From the NCBI GenBank assembly GCA_036172245.1, contig JAYWIR010000014.1:2790001-2854000 (forward strand): 64,000 bases of DNA, read 5' to 3'. This document shows positions 1-13,229 of this stretch, one piece after another (position 1 is the stretch's first letter; every line of letters begins with the position of its first letter). Under the pieces are notes generated by a model. That model saw nothing but the letters and a program-made list of their open reading frames with translations, made no database searches and was not told the DNA's origin. This DNA comes from Raillietiella orientalis. Its lineage: Eukaryota. A program made the position numbers and the translations under genes.

Positions 1-336
1 AAAAAAGGCAAAATGGAAAGAAAAAAAAAGAAAAAAAAGGGAGAAACATCTCCTTAACCAAACGAAATGCATTTCCAAGCAACACACGCATGTCACAATT
101 ACAAGGTTGTGAAATAAGAAAATAATCTGTATGTGAATAATAATTGGTACTTCATGCTGGCATTCCCATCAACTTAATCACATTAAATTACTTGCTGAAC
201 CTCACATACTGATTAAAAAAGGGGGGAAAAAAAAAAAAAAAAAAAGGTGACTAAAGATGTCAAACCACCGTATTCGGGTTATTTACGAGTTTTTGATACG
301 AAACGTCACACAATCAGCAAAAATTTTCACACTTAC

Positions 337-501
337 TAGAGATAAAGCATTTGGGGGTATGAAGGCAAAAACGGGAACTTTAAGAGTTTTGTAAGAGTTT
401 ACGACATGAGCAGAAGATACTCGGACAATATGCAGGTAATTAGTACTCATGCTCAGAAGAGCAACCATGCATAGCTTATAATTTGGCAGAGAGGAATCGT
501 G
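337..501 (-). CDS. Candidate internal coding exon (55 codons, phase 0/0), possibly the next exon of the orphan gene at 17479-20258
   Basis: Minus strand TTTTCCAG|CAC GAT...TCT CTA|GTAAGT: strong acceptor and consensus donor, 165 nt open frame (HDSSLPNYKLCMVALLSMSTNYLHIVRVSSAHVVNSYKTLKVPVFAFIPPNALSL). Phase matches the phase-0 donor at 17478. No homology recognised. Confidence 0.5.
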
Positions 502-639
502 CTGGAAAAGGCAGATTAAAAACGACGATTTCATTTTGATTCCTTCTAAAAAACGAACACCAAGTGTTCGGATAAATGATACACGGCCAGTACACACTCT
601 AATCATGATCAAGCACACTGTTGTCTGCTTTCATCATCA

Positions 640-1890
640 TTAAGGACCGAAAAATTTTCCCTTTTCGACTATTTGCAACGGCCTGCGGTTTTATTAAAGA
701 TGCCCAAATTCCTTATTAACAGTTTCTACCCTTCCCAAAGTGCGCTAATTAGTAAAATAGAGGATATTATAATGGTACTGAAGTGTTCGTATAGCATATT
801 TGTTCCAAGCTTGCTTTTGTGCTAGAAAGACTCAAAAAAAAAAAAAAACGCATTTCGTAGAATAATTAAATTCAAGGGGTGCATTGAGAAGTGTGTAATT
901 ACAATCTATTCTATTTATTGAGCATATAAATAAAGGAAGGAATTTTTGCTAAAAGAATACATCAAGGTAAGAGACTGTAGCTTGCCAACCACCCGATCCC
1001 ATTTGAATTCAAGTGAAGCATAATTTTCAAGGGAAATTCGAAATTTTCATGGTGAAAGAGGAAAAATCGCAAAAGTTTCACTCCGCTTTGATTTCCGTAC
1101 TTGTTCATCATTCCGAAAGATCACTTTGTAGTACACATGGAACATTCTGTACGCTGGTACTCCCGCACACGTTTTCCTTCGGCCGAGCGCAGACAAAAAG
1201 CCCAAGCTCCAAATCATTTTACAATCTCGGGTATCGATTATTCTGGATGTTCTTGCAGATCCGACAAGAACAACAAGTGGGTGCTTTATCGAAAGAAAAA
1301 GAAAAGGAACTAAATATAGCACCAGCTTCTTTATCTATGCATCGTAGACAAGACGGGAACAGCTCATCATGGAACGAGAACCCATCTCACGATGCCAACT
1401 TCAGCACGGAATCCACTTAAAGGCGAACAGTTTGTTCCACGCTCTATTGCTCCGGTCAGGCGTGCTCCTTCTATCGAAATTCTATCTGCTTTCCCAGATC
1501 CAATGCGAACGAGACGAAAGCTGGATCTAGGAGTAGCAAAGCCAACTGAGAACAGCGAACCTTAGGGGATTCTTTGCCATGACTGAAAACTCTTCAACTC
1601 GAGCTTATTAAGCACAAATCATCGGGAACAGATTAATAGAATACGGAGCATCGGAAAATGCTTTTAAAGGTGCGGGGTCCAGGAGCAGGAAAGTAATTCC
1701 CATCCGTGTCTCTTCCGTCCCAATCTGATGCCAGCCGAGTCTGTTTATTAGCGAGATTTCAGGGGCTCCGGGCTCACAAAGATCCTTTCCTTTTGAAATT
1801 CCACACCACTTCTTTGGATGTTCTTTCTGGCAGAACAAAAAAAAGTCGGTTGATCAAGAGGGAGTCCCTTTATAACTTCATCACTTCCAA
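640..1890 (+). mobile_element. Degenerate BEL/Pao pol relic (RNase H end to integrase)
   Basis: Ordered decayed motifs: VRIAYLFQ (~RVxAYxxRF), FIIPKDH (~IILPKxH), FTISGIDYSG (~PFxxTGxDYAGP), SHDANF (~SDNGTNF), IGNRLIEY (~LNSRPLTY). Many frameshifts. Confidence 0.6.
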
Positions 1891-1929
1891 ATAGTTGACT
1901 AACTTTTTGGCATGCGTTGTTAGGCGTGT

Positions 1930-4900
1930 CTCCCCACTGCGATCAGCTAGGAATCCGAGTTCGTCTGGCTGTCTTTGTGTTAAGCACAGTGCAGCTCCTC
2001 TGAAGATCACATGTGGGACCATCATGATCACGATAATTTGGTCAGCGTTTCGCCAGACGATAATGATAATGATGAGTGAGGACGATCCGCGCGACTTGTT
2101 CTTTTTTTTTTTTTTTTTTTGCGTTGCAAATGACTCGGGGGGGGGGGGGAGGGGGGGAGGAGGAAGACAAAATGCATGTGGGGATGCCGCCACATCCATC
2201 GTAACCTTTGTTTGCACAGACGTTCAATTTTCAACGACACTTTTCCTCCAAATCAAAAATAGAAAAGCCGAGCTTGCTGCGAAGTTCAATTGGCTCAAAT
2301 TCCATCATCGTGCGGTGCGCTTGTTCAGGCCCAGCGCGAAACGTCCGTGTACTGTACGCTCCCCCGTACCGAGTTCGCCCTTCTGTTTCTCCTTCCCGAG
2401 TTCACGTACTGATGATTCATCATTTGTTCTCTTTTCCGTGCGTGTTTCTACGCTCTTTCGAGCGGACGGAGCGAAACCGTACGAACGAGTGCTGCAAAAA
2501 TCCGCTCCACTCCCACCGCGTTGTCGTTCAAGGTGGATGACTTCCGGAAATCCACGGGAAGGGAGGAATCCAGGACTAGGAGACTATTGATTGTAATTTT
2601 AAACATCGCGAGGCATCTCATTTGATCGATGTATTTATAAGTTTCCTGTTTTAGGTACTGTTTGCCACTTTTGCCATAGGATTCCTCCAAAAAAAAAAAA
2701 AAGTGCAATGCTTTTTTTTTTTTTCTTCTTCCGAGAAACCGGACGGGATGAGTGAAGTGAATCTTTCACGATCGGATTTTTAATGCACACCAGGAGTGTT
2801 TTCTTTCTTTTTTTTTTTTCTCCTCCCCGCACGTATCATTCCGAGATGACGTGCGGTACTCCGATTTACAGCAAAGTCGAGGCTTTTTTGAAACAAGCAG
2901 AAAAAGGAAACAAAAAAACCCGCAACCAAACTGTGACTGGGAAGCAGTAAGCTGAGCTCGGTTGCCCCTACTTTTCAACTTGGCATCCAGAAACGAAAGT
3001 GAAGCACGAAGATTTATGGAGCGAAGTCCTGCAGGCTGCGAACAGTACGTTTCTTCGTTCCCTTCCTCGTTCGTCCGGGAGCACGCGGTCATCTCTGCTG
3101 CTAGCCACGGGCTCCACCATTTGAGATGCCAGGATACGAAAACAGATGCGCAGCTCAAAACGGATCAATTGAAAACAGCCTTTCGTAAAGCCTCGAAAGC
3201 CTCGCCGGAACACGGCGAGGCTTTCGTTGGTGATCAGGGAAACGATGGAAGCGGCGGGATCACGCAGCGACACATTCGCAGCGTACTTGCGGATGTCGCA
3301 ATCTTGTCCAAAGGGGAAGGATTCCAAGGTGGCAAGCATCATGCCTCGGCGCGACGACGCCACCAAGTCTACTTTTCGAAGCCACAGAGGAAGGTCGGTA
3401 CAACTTCAGAGCGTGCCGGACGACCACACGATATTGCTGTGAGTCAGCACATCCTCAGGGGAAAAAACAGAGTTCCCGACCGGCTCGGAAGCACTTCCGG
3501 CATCTCGGCCGCTGACGCACCTGGCAATGAGGGAATCAGGGATCGTAAGCAAGCAGCAAGAGGACGCCCCGGACGGCTCGAAAGCCACAGTCGAACGACA
3601 ACGCCGCCAGACGGCGCCGTCGAACATCGACGCGAGTGCAAGTCCGCGTGGAGGGTACGCATGCTGCTGCTGACGGTATCCGTGGTCCATGTCGGACCAA
3701 CCTGCATGAATACGCTTCCGATTCTGCTGCGCGTTCTGACCGCGGTCGGAAAAGGGGGGCCGCGCGTCGCTGGACCAGAGGGACCAGCATCGCAAGGGAA
3801 AGCACCGCGAGCGGAGCAGAGGCGAAGATTCAACCCATGGAACTGACCGTGCGCGGACCGGAGGACCGATGGAGGAAACTCCCCGTGGTCCCGAGAGAGG
3901 TAGGGTGGGGGGTATCTGCATCGGAACGGATTGCGGCGTGGAAGGGGCGCACGCGCAGATGCCTGCCCTTGCAGGACCGTCCAATCGAGAGAGGACTCGC
4001 TCGTTCATTTTTTTTTTTTCCCGCTGCTGCCGTTCCCTCGAGATGCAGGAATTCAGGCCCTGCATCCCTCGTTCTCCTCCCTCTCTCCCTTCCTCTCTTC
4101 ATCTTTCGTCTCCTTTCCCATCCGATGCGAGCTGAACGCAAACTTCTGGCACTCTGGAAGCTCCAAGGAAACACCCTGACTGGGGAGCCGCTGCAATGGC
4201 CGCTCCTTGCTGGTGCTCCGCGTGAGACGTGGCTCGCTGGAACCCCACCAGCGCTCAGCCGTCTTCCGCGCCCGGTGTCCGCATCGCAAGCACCGTGCAC
4301 CCTCTTCCCATCCCAGCCCCCCGTTTCCAAACACGTACGCGCGCGTGACCTGCATCCAGCGTCTCCGCATTCTAGGGGAACGAAGAGGAACCTCCGACTC
4401 CTCGTCTCCCGCAGCCGCGGGTCATCCGTCCTTCCTGTCTCCGGATGTCAGGGGACGGGAGAGGCGGTCCGGTCTGCATGCTCCTCGGAGACGCTGGCCG
4501 GAGGAGTCCGAGACTCCGGTCCGCGTGGCAGCCGGGGAGGGGTGGAGAGCGATCTCCCCGAAGTTCAGCAGCAGAGGTAGCTCCCGCGGCCTGACGACGA
4601 CGGCCGCCTCGCCCGAAAACGAGGTGGCGGTGTGATCCACGGTGGCCGGAAGATTCACTCCTTCCCTTTCCCCGTGGCGGACTTCCGTGCTCTCCGCGCT
4701 CTGGCGGGGATCAGAGGAGGAAGGGGAGGAAATGGCGCCGGATGGATACAAAGGATGCTGGGGAACGAGGGGGAGAAGTGGGGAGGGCGGAGTCAAGGGC
4801 GGGTCCGAGAGGAACCGGATGGGGAGCGCGCGGAGCGTTGTCCCGTCTGAATGAAGAGGAAAAAAGAGAAACCCGAGGGAGGGGGTTCCTGGGCCCCCAA

Positions 4901-7790
4901 CTGGAGACCCTCGGAGCTCCCGCAACCCATCGTAGGGTGGACTGAGGTCGACCGAAGTCGCTGGGGACTTGACAAAACCCTCGAGCACTCCCCCTCGACG
5001 CACGGCCTCCACGACCGAATGACGGGCAGCAGCCGGTACCAGGGCGCTCCCCCCCAAGATCACTTGAGGGCGCCCCGGGTGCCTCCGGGTAGCGAATCCG
5101 GGACCACTGGTGTCGATACATCCCCTTGAGAGAAACAACGAGAGGGAGAAAGGAGGCGGAGGCGGCAGCGCGACTGCTCTCCCTTCTTCTTAGGGTCCGG
5201 AGCGCGCGCTCCTTCATCTTCTCCCACTCTCTCCCCATCCCACGCACACCCCTTTCCCGCCATGACCTCCGCAAGACTGCCAATTATGCGGGTGATCCAT
5301 CTTGCAAGAGGAAATGTCGGTAAGCATTGTGCGGTTCCCGAGCGCGGAGCGTTGCTATGGCACTTGGGGGGAGGAAGGGGAGGGGGAGAGAAGAGGAGAC
5401 GACGGCAACGGCGACGACGAGGAGTAATACAAAGGCGGAAGAGACGAGGAGGAAGGCGAGAATCCTCTGGATCCATCGAGTGGGATCACGACGAAACTCC
5501 GGAGGAAACTTCCGCGACCTCGGGAAGTCACTTCTTGGACGGTTTGCGAAGAGACGCCTCGGGAACAGGGGAGGCAGCGGCTCCGTCCAACGCCGGCGGG
5601 ACCTGAAGGGACCTCTCGCGGGGACGGTGGCAGCGCACGAGTGTCTTCCTTTCGTGCCAAGAGCCGAATGGGGGCAGCAAGCAGGAGACCTCCGGGGAAC
5701 GAACGGACCGGAGAAGCCATCCGCCGCCGCCTCCGCGACCTCTTCCCCCGGGAGCAGAGGTGAGGGAACTGACGGTCAAGGGTGGGAGGACGTTCCTGGC
5801 GTCGACCGGAAGGGGTGGGGAGCGCCGAGGGCAGCTTGCCCCCTCCTCCCCTCCGCGTGCCGGCGCGCAGCTGTTCCTTCCTCGGGGAACTGGGACCCTT
5901 ACCTCGGCGCCTCCCTCGGAGCACCCGCAGGAAACGGGCACGGAGCTTTCTCCGATGGCCGCGCCTCAGAAGGGAAACCGAGGCGCGGTAGCCTGTGGCT
6001 GTAACCGATTTGACCCCCCTCTGACGGGCCCTAAGGGTCCCCTTTTGCCTCGCTTCCCGATTTCCCGCGCCTCTCCTTTGGCTTCCCGTTGACGCCGCGG
6101 GAGCTGCTTGAGGAAGGGTTGTAGGTCGCAGCTGGGGAGGGCCGACCCCTTTTGCGCACCTCCGAGGTACGGCGCTGAGTCTCGCGGCGGGGGAGACGAG
6201 CGCCCCCTTACTGCCCTGCCCAGGCAGAGTCCGGCGAGGGTGAGTGGGGCACGCGTGCGGATGTCCCTCCGCTGCCGAAGCAGCCGCCCCATCGAGCAGA
6301 AGGAGGGGACTTCCTCGATGGGCCAGGGTAAGGCCACCCCAGGGGGCCGATGGTCTCGACTGCCGGACGGGCCGGCCCTCGCGAGATCCCGGATACGTAC
6401 GGGTCGCGGGACCCGCTGGGCGGCCGTCATCACCACCTCGTGTCCTCCTCCCCGCCGCGCCCTCCAGCCGTCCCCCCTGGACCTTCTCCTTCCCCCCTCT
6501 TGGAAGGGAGACTCCCCAGGGTTCCCTCCGGCAGAGCGGCTGAGAATGAGCCTCCCTCCAGCCCAACGCGGGGAAGTGAATTCCCTGCGGCAAGTGCGGA
6601 GCGTGACCGGAGGTGCGCGCTCTGTCCTCCTGCCCCCGGGCGGGAGTTGATCCCTGTGCGCTCCGCCACCCTCGCTTCGCCCCTCCCCCCTCCAGCCCCT
6701 TGCGCAGCGAACGCCAGGAAGACGAATCCCTTCCCCCGCTCCGGGCGGGAGAGGCGCGCCGCTCGGCAGCCTCTCTCCCAGCAGAAGAGGTCCGTCGCGG
6801 TCCTTCCTGTCGCCTCCGCCCACACATCCGCTTTCGGCGGCTCCGTTCGCGGGGAGGCTCCGCCCTATCCTCCTCCTCCCCTCGCGCGCGCCTGAGCGCC
6901 TCGGCGATCGATAAACCGCCGCCGGTCCACATCTGCTCGGAGGCGGCTGCTTCGATCCGGGACGGCAGCCAGCGAACGGACGGCGCCTTCAGACGTCGGG
7001 AGCGCGCTCGCGGGTGCCCGCGGGAGAGGTTCCTTCCGGAGGAGCCCCAAGCCGTCCTCCGCAGGGTGGGGAAGCTCCTCCTTTCCTCCGCCTTCTCGCG
7101 GTGCTCCCGTCGGAAGCTCTCCCGCCGACCTGCAAGTCCGAAGCCGTCTCCTCCCCTCGCCGAGGACCCGACCAGGGAGCACCGATGAGGTCAAGCGCCA
7201 TCAGGGTAGCAGGTCAAGAAGGGGTCAACCATGGTGGCTCCGACGTGGCGCACTGCTGCTTAAAAGCGGGGGTCACCCGCCGCCTTTCGCACCGCCCACA
7301 CACGGGCGTGCCTACGCACACGCATGTGTACACATCCATGTGTACTTGCGCACATGTAAGTGCACGTCATGCATGCATACACATGTATATAGGTGTACAC
7401 ATGTACGGATTTATAGTGAGCACGAGCACACGTACGTACAAGCGCATGCTACATGCTTCTATACAGATGTGTACATGCGCGCAGCGTACGGGCGGTTGTG
7501 TGATGCGAAGATGAGCACGCGCGACTGCGTCCAGACGCTGCCGTGTGCGCGCGCACACAGGCACGATCACCGGCGAGGGGCAGGCGAACCTCTTGCGGTT
7601 GGGAGGGAGGGATGGCCGTGCTTCACTTCCGGGTTCCGCATCCGACCCTCGGAGGTGGGATCGGCACCCCCACCTCCTTTCTCAGAAGGCGTCCTACTCG
7701 TGACGCTCTCCCAGGGACCCGGGGCCACCACCCACAGAAGACAGCCACAGCAGGGTACGCGTTTCCGGCTCGTCCGGCGAAACCTTCGGC
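1930..7790 (+). mobile_element. Degenerate GC-rich BEL/Pao element: possible protease, then RT, RNase H, integrase
   Basis: In order: CGDAATSIVTFV (~LLDSGSQxTF, weak), LTVSVVHVGPTC..PILLRVL (RT), DAGIQALH, KLLALWKLQGNTLT (~KVLGLxWxxxxDTL), RAESRAGP + PQLETLGA (~AKSRVAP..PRLELLGA), RVANP, RH..NYAGD/HLARG, LLWHLG, NWDPYLG, GLPRWARVRP..GLDC (integrase start), AH..FGGS, EGVLLVTL..RRQP (integrase C-terminus). Catalytic residues not intact. Confidence 0.75.
7298..7562. repeat. Cryptic alternating purine-pyrimidine tract (CA/TG/TA/CG mix)
   Basis: cacacgcatgtgtacacatccatgtgtac...catgcatgcatacacatgtatata...cacacgtacgtac...gtgtgcgcgcgcacac; interrupts the integrase relic. Confidence 0.8.
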
Positions 7791-7799
7791 CCCCCCTCC

Positions 7800-10700
7800 T
7801 CCCTCCCGTTTTCCTGCACGTTGCGTCGCGCACCGCAAGCCCGAAGAGGGGGGGGGGAGCGTCGCCTCGGACGCCGTATCCGGCGGCAGCGGCGGCAACC
7901 GTAGAATGTCGCGGGCGTCGCGTGAGTCGCCCCGCTCTCCAGACGGGCGAAGGCCCCGCGCGGTTCGCCCCTTCGGCGCGCTTGCGCGGTGTAGCCGCCG
8001 CCAAAAGACTTGCCGGCGGGGCGACCCCGTCCTTCTCGTCTTTTTCCGAACCCGGGAGCTCCCCACCCTTCCCTCCTTCCGTCCCTTCCCTAGGCACTCT
8101 CCGCAGAGACAGTCGCAGCGACCCGCAAGAGGTCCTCTAGCCGGGGGCGTGTTCGCCCCGCCAGTGCGCTGCCCTGCTGGCTCGTACGAGAGAGGAGGAC
8201 CGGATAGACGCCGAGACCGGGTGCGCGAGCCCTGAGGCCGGGAAGAGGGCGGAAGGGGGATAACGCTTGCAAGAGGTCAGGCCAGGACAAAGACGCGTCC
8301 GCGGAACCACAAGGGCGGAATGGGCGGAGGCCCGGGAAGCAGTCCATCTTCCTTCCCTCACTCCCCTTTCCAGGGCTCTCTCCCCCACCGTGTCGCTGCA
8401 CCCTTTCTTTTCATTTTCTCCATTTTCCCTTGCCATGGGCTTAGCCCTCGCTTCCCTGCTTTCGCCCCTTTCCTCGTCCTCCTCCCCGCTCCTTCGTCCC
8501 CTCCCCCTCCTTTTTATGTCCCGCCAACGGGCGCGATGGGGACTTTCCCTTCCGTCCCCCCCCCCCCTGCTGCAAAGCGATGCCTCCCCGGACCCGCTTC
8601 CACGCGCCGGCCCTCTCCCCTGTCACCGGCGCTCGGGAGGGGAGGTCGAGGGGACATCCTGCAAGGCAGACCGCTGTCGCGCATCCCCTGGAAAAAAAAA
8701 AAAGAAAAAACAACGGAAAGGGCAGGGACGGGACTGGTGGCATGCAGGGTCCTCCCTCAGGAAGGGAGGGATACGCTCTGCCCTCGCCTCTGTTCCCCCT
8801 CCCTCTCGACCTTCCCCAGCAAACGAACCGCACGCTTGCTCAAGAAGCGGAGCGTCGTCTTGGCAACCGCGGCCCGCTCAGAGCAGGCGCGTGCCAAAGC
8901 CTCTATTTTTGGGCCCTGCACTTCGCTGCCCGCCTCGGAGGCGCCTTCCTGGGGGTGCGTCGCGAGGCCAGCAGGTGAGGAAGGGGAGAGGGGAGATGGG
9001 ACAAAAGAGAACGGTCGACAGGAGAAGTCGCTGCGGCTCTGCCTGGACCACAGTCGCTGCCGGATTTCTTCCCGCCGCTCCCGGCTCATCCCAAGTGGAC
9101 GGACGGACGGGGAATGATCGCCGCGAGGCGACCATTTCAGAGGAACTTGGTGGAAAAGGAAGAGAAGGTGCCCCGGGAGGATGGAGAGAGTCGCTCTTCA
9201 GCTGCTGCAAAGGCCTCGGGCTAGGGAGCCCCCCCCCCCATCTCTCGGATGGAGGACCAGAAGGAACGGAAGAGACAGGACCCTCCAGGAAGGCGGGACA
9301 GCCGGGCTCCGAAGCCCTGAGGGCATCGGAGCAGGAGGGCAGAGAAAAGAAGGAAAGGGGGTGAGGAGAGAGTGCTGCGCTCCTCGCTTGGCTTCCTAGC
9401 TTCTTGGAGAGGACGCCCAAAGGAGGCAGGAGTGGAGAGCGCCCCCCCCCCCCCCAGCAGCGAGTGGTGAGGAGAGCCGGTGACAACCTCCCCCGGACGG
9501 ATGCCCCTCGAGAGGGGCGCTCTTTCGATTGCCTCGGGGCTTCCAGCAGCGGAAGCGAAGGGATACGGACAAAGGACGGACTTAGGAAGGAAAAACTGAG
9601 GGGGAGGGAAGGGAGCGGCTAGTCGTGCGCCTGTCTCTCCGACTTCGCCCTCCGGAAGATAAGAGCCAACAAGATTTGCTACCCATCATTCCCATCATCC
9701 CCCGAGTCCCCGCGATGGGTGCTCGAGACACCGCGACCTGCGACAGAATTCACAGGTCGCAGCATCCTCGCTCGTCTTCCGCCTGCGTGGACGGATGGTC
9801 GAGAAGGAGCTGCCTCTGGGTGGCGCGCGCAGCTCGCCGCGCCCGAAAGGACCGCCTTGCTCGTCGCGTGGAACCCACAGAGGGGACGTTCCTTCGACTG
9901 AGGTGGTCACGGTTGCGCCTCTGGCGGTCCGCCTCCGAAGTCAGAGAGGAGCTCAGGGAAAGCAGGCTGAGGGAGCGAGGCTTGTACAGCTTGTTGCACT
10001 CCCATGTACGAAAGCTTCCCGCACTCGCGCGGAGACGCGCAGTGAAGATGGACGGGAGACGCCATCTTCACCTCCTCCGTCCCCTCCCATCCCTGGTTCT
10101 CCATGACTACTTGTACCGAGAGGGCGCGATGCAAGCCAATGACGGGGCCGTCTTCGCTGGCCACGCCTCCGTGCAGAAACCATCGCGGCCCTTCAGGAGC
10201 GCACCCTCCCAGCAGGCTTCGCTGGCTCGCGCGTCGTTGGGTCAGTAGCGAGGAAAACTAAGCTTGCGGCTCTGGACAGCCGGGAAAAGGGATTTCCCGG
10301 ACGCGCTCCTCCGGAGCGGAGCAACAGGGATGGCCGCTCCAGATGGATCGGGTAGGACGGAAAACGGGAAGCGCCCTGGAGTGGCAAGCCCGAAGCCCGC
10401 GGACTCGCGGGCGCACGCCGCAATCCATTTTCGGGACCTGCACATCAGTGTGCCACGCTATGGAAACCGCCGCAAAGAACTTTCTGTCTCTCTTGCTACC
10501 CCTCCGCAGATTTTTTCATTTCTGCTTACAAATTCTCCCATTGTTGAGTTGTTGACGTTAAGGTTGGCATTTTCCAATCCATTTGTCGGCTTCCCTTTTG
10601 CATTCCTAGGATTTTCGTTTCCATTGTTGCTCATCCTCCTTTTCGCTCTTTTTTTTTGGATTTTCGTTTCCATTGTCGTGCTCCTTTGTTACCATTGTTG

Positions 10701-13190
10701 CTCATCCTCCTTTTCGTTTTTTTTTTGGATTTTCGTTTCCATTGTTGCCCATCCTCCGTTTGTTTGTTTCTTTCTTTTTCTTCGATTTCCGTTTCCATCT
10801 TTGAATTTTCCTGGATTGAACTTTTTCCTACTTATAGTTACGGATTTTTCCACCTGCCTACGGGCAGTTTCCGAGACCACGCTCAGAGAGGGCCCTTCAT
10901 CTTTTACATACTGAACTTTCAGAAGGAAGGAGGTTCTTCCGAAAGCAGACAGAGGAAGAAAGCACTGAAGCATTCCGTTTCACCCGAAAGATGCTGATCG
11001 GCGGGGTAAAAACAGGAAAAGGGAAGCAAGGCGCGACGGAGAGGGACGAAAGGGCTCCGAGGGAAAAGTCAACCAAACGATGGATCTTACTCCCGAAGAG
11101 CGCAACCCCTGACCAGAGAAAGACTCTGTGGCTTCGGGAAGCGCTCTTCAGGAAATCTGCCCGCTCCCACGAGCTGGAAATTTCCGTCGTCGTGCTTCGC
11201 ACGAAAGTCACCTGGCACGTAACGGAACTTCCTCAGGAACGTTGCCAGGGAGGACGGGATAGCGCCTCACGATGAGGTGGTTCCAAATTTAAACCTGAAC
11301 GCGCTCGAGATCTCCCGTAGAAACAGGAGTTGCTACGGGAGCGGTGGGCATCTCCTTGCATCCCGTTGCTCACCGCGGAGAACCTCGAAGGCTCCGTCTC
11401 ACGTCAGCAGGCAGGGCAGACGGGCGGGCAGGTCTCTCTCTCCCTCCAGGTCCACTCGTCCTTCCAAGTCGCTCGACAGTGGGCTGGGGTGAGTGGCAGC
11501 ATCCCGAGAGGCTCCCAGCCGCCTCGGAACGAGAGAGACGCTCCCTGTGGATCGCTCGGCCTCCCCGAAGGTCTCTCGCCGAATCCCCTTGCCGACGGTG
11601 CTCTGTCCGGTATGAGCGGACCGGGTCTGCATTGGGAAGGGGAAGATGGAGGTGTCTACCTCTATCTTCCCCCGTGGTACCGAAGGATGCCGACGACCTC
11701 GGCGCTCGCGTCCCAGGTCCGCGGACGATGGTGTGGTGATTCTGGCGATTTCTGCGGAAGCCCGTCGTCCCTCCCGCGCTACGAAGAAGGATGCCAGGAA
11801 CTCGCGCGCCGTAATCCCCGCCGGGTGGGGCGACTTCCCTTCTTCCTCTCGCAGGAGTGCCCGACTGACCCTGCCTTTCTATTCTCCCTACCCCTGCCTT
11901 CCTCCTCCTCCCCGGTGGTTCTGTGTGGGCGAGGTGCAGTGGCACCTCGGCGCTACCGCAGCATCCGATCCCCGCGGCAGTGCAGCTTTTACATGCCGGA
12001 CCGCACGGCGTATCGATGGGAGCTCGAGAGCTCCAGGAACCCGTGTCCAAGGCACCTCCGCCCTCGCGGGAAGGTGCTCGCCCTCGCCGCCACGGTATTC
12101 CTGCATCGGAAGCGGTGGCGCCGCTGCACCACGCTCGGCGCAATATCGTGGGTCCACGAAGTGTGTGGTGGCTGTCGAGAGCTGCGGAGGTGGGCAGAAG
12201 AAGGGTGTGTGTGGAAGAGGCAGGCGCGCACGCGTTGCTCGAAGCGCACGTTCGCTCGGCGCCTGGCCCTACCCGGAGGAGTGGACGCCTCCGCTTCTTC
12301 TCTCATCTTTGCCTTGGGCAACTCGGGAGTTCGAGCTCATCGACGTTTTTCGTTCTTCCCCCACCCCCGCCCCTTCTGAGAGGGTTGGTGGGTGGGCACC
12401 TCCAAGTTGCTCGTTCGGAGAGCAGGAGAGAACGAGGAAGGCGGTCGGTGCCTTCTGCCCGAGACGGCGCGCCGCGGGACGGATAGAGGGCGAGCGGAGG
12501 GTGGGTCAGGCATCTCGTCCTCCCGCTCAAATCTCCTTCCCGATCCGGCCCACTGCTTGGGACCGGCCTGGAAACGCCGTTCCCGGCGCCCAAGCGTTTC
12601 TCCGCCACCGCCGCCGCCTACGGACTTCCCCTGCCGACTCGAGTCGCCCATGCCGCGGGGAAGGCCATGCCCGCCTTTCTCTTTACGCGACGACGAGATC
12701 CTGTCCGCCCCCGAAGGATGCCCCATGGGCACACGCCCCCAGTGAGGAAAGGTCAGCCGATCCTTCCGGAGCGCCGTCCAGCCAACCGCCTCCTCCTCTT
12801 CTCTGTTCCTTCGTTCCAGATGCCCGCATCCCCTTTTCCTGTCTTCTCCTTTCGCTCCCTCCCGTTGCGGCGGCGGCAGGGCAGCGACGCCAGAGATTCT
12901 CCCTGTTTCTTGGAAAAAATCCGTCTCGACAGGCCCAACGGGCCAGCGGCGGTGAATCCCCCAACTCCCCCAGCTGCTTCATCCTGGAACAGCCCTGCCG
13001 CCCGCGCGTGAGGCGGGCACAACTCCGCTTCACCTCCCACCCGCGTCCTCTCGCCGGGGGGCGTCGGAGAGATATCTCCGACCCCCGGCCTCAGGAAGGA
13101 AGACGTGGGCTCTTTCGCCCGACCTCGACAGGGGCCCCCTTCACAAGGTCCGGTCTTCTCCCGCAGATCTGCCTTTTCCTTGCACCCCGT
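7800..13190 (+). mobile_element. Degenerate GC-rich BEL/Pao pol relic (RT, RNase H, integrase)
   Basis: AHRKPEE..SVASDAVS (~KxRVVFDAS), GSSP, RGDILQG (~YVDDILxG), LRKGGIRSALAS (~KGGFxLRKWxS), QKRTV..GFLP, IIPRVPAMGA (~TIPRLELMGA), AWTDG (~WTDS), VSSEEN*A (~ENPAD), MLIGGV, WILLPKS, ILAISAEARR, VQWHLGATAASDPRG (~IQWHFxPPxAPHFGG), WTP/SHLCLG, STGAPFTR..QICL (C-terminus). Confidence 0.75.
10609..10758. repeat. Short imperfect tandem repeat, about 3 copies of a ~49-nt unit
   Basis: GGATTTTCGTTTCCATTGT at 10609, 10658 and 10727; CCATTGTTGCTCATCCTCCTTTTCG recurs. Confidence 0.85.
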
Positions 13191-13229
13191 CTCCTCAGAA
13201 GGTCCAGCCCTGCTGCGGCGTCGGACGGG

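Noticed and set aside
10609..10758. CRISPR-like repeat-spacer array
   Set aside because: Eukaryotic context, only about 3 copies, intervening sequences are themselves repeated rather than unique spacers, and no cas genes.
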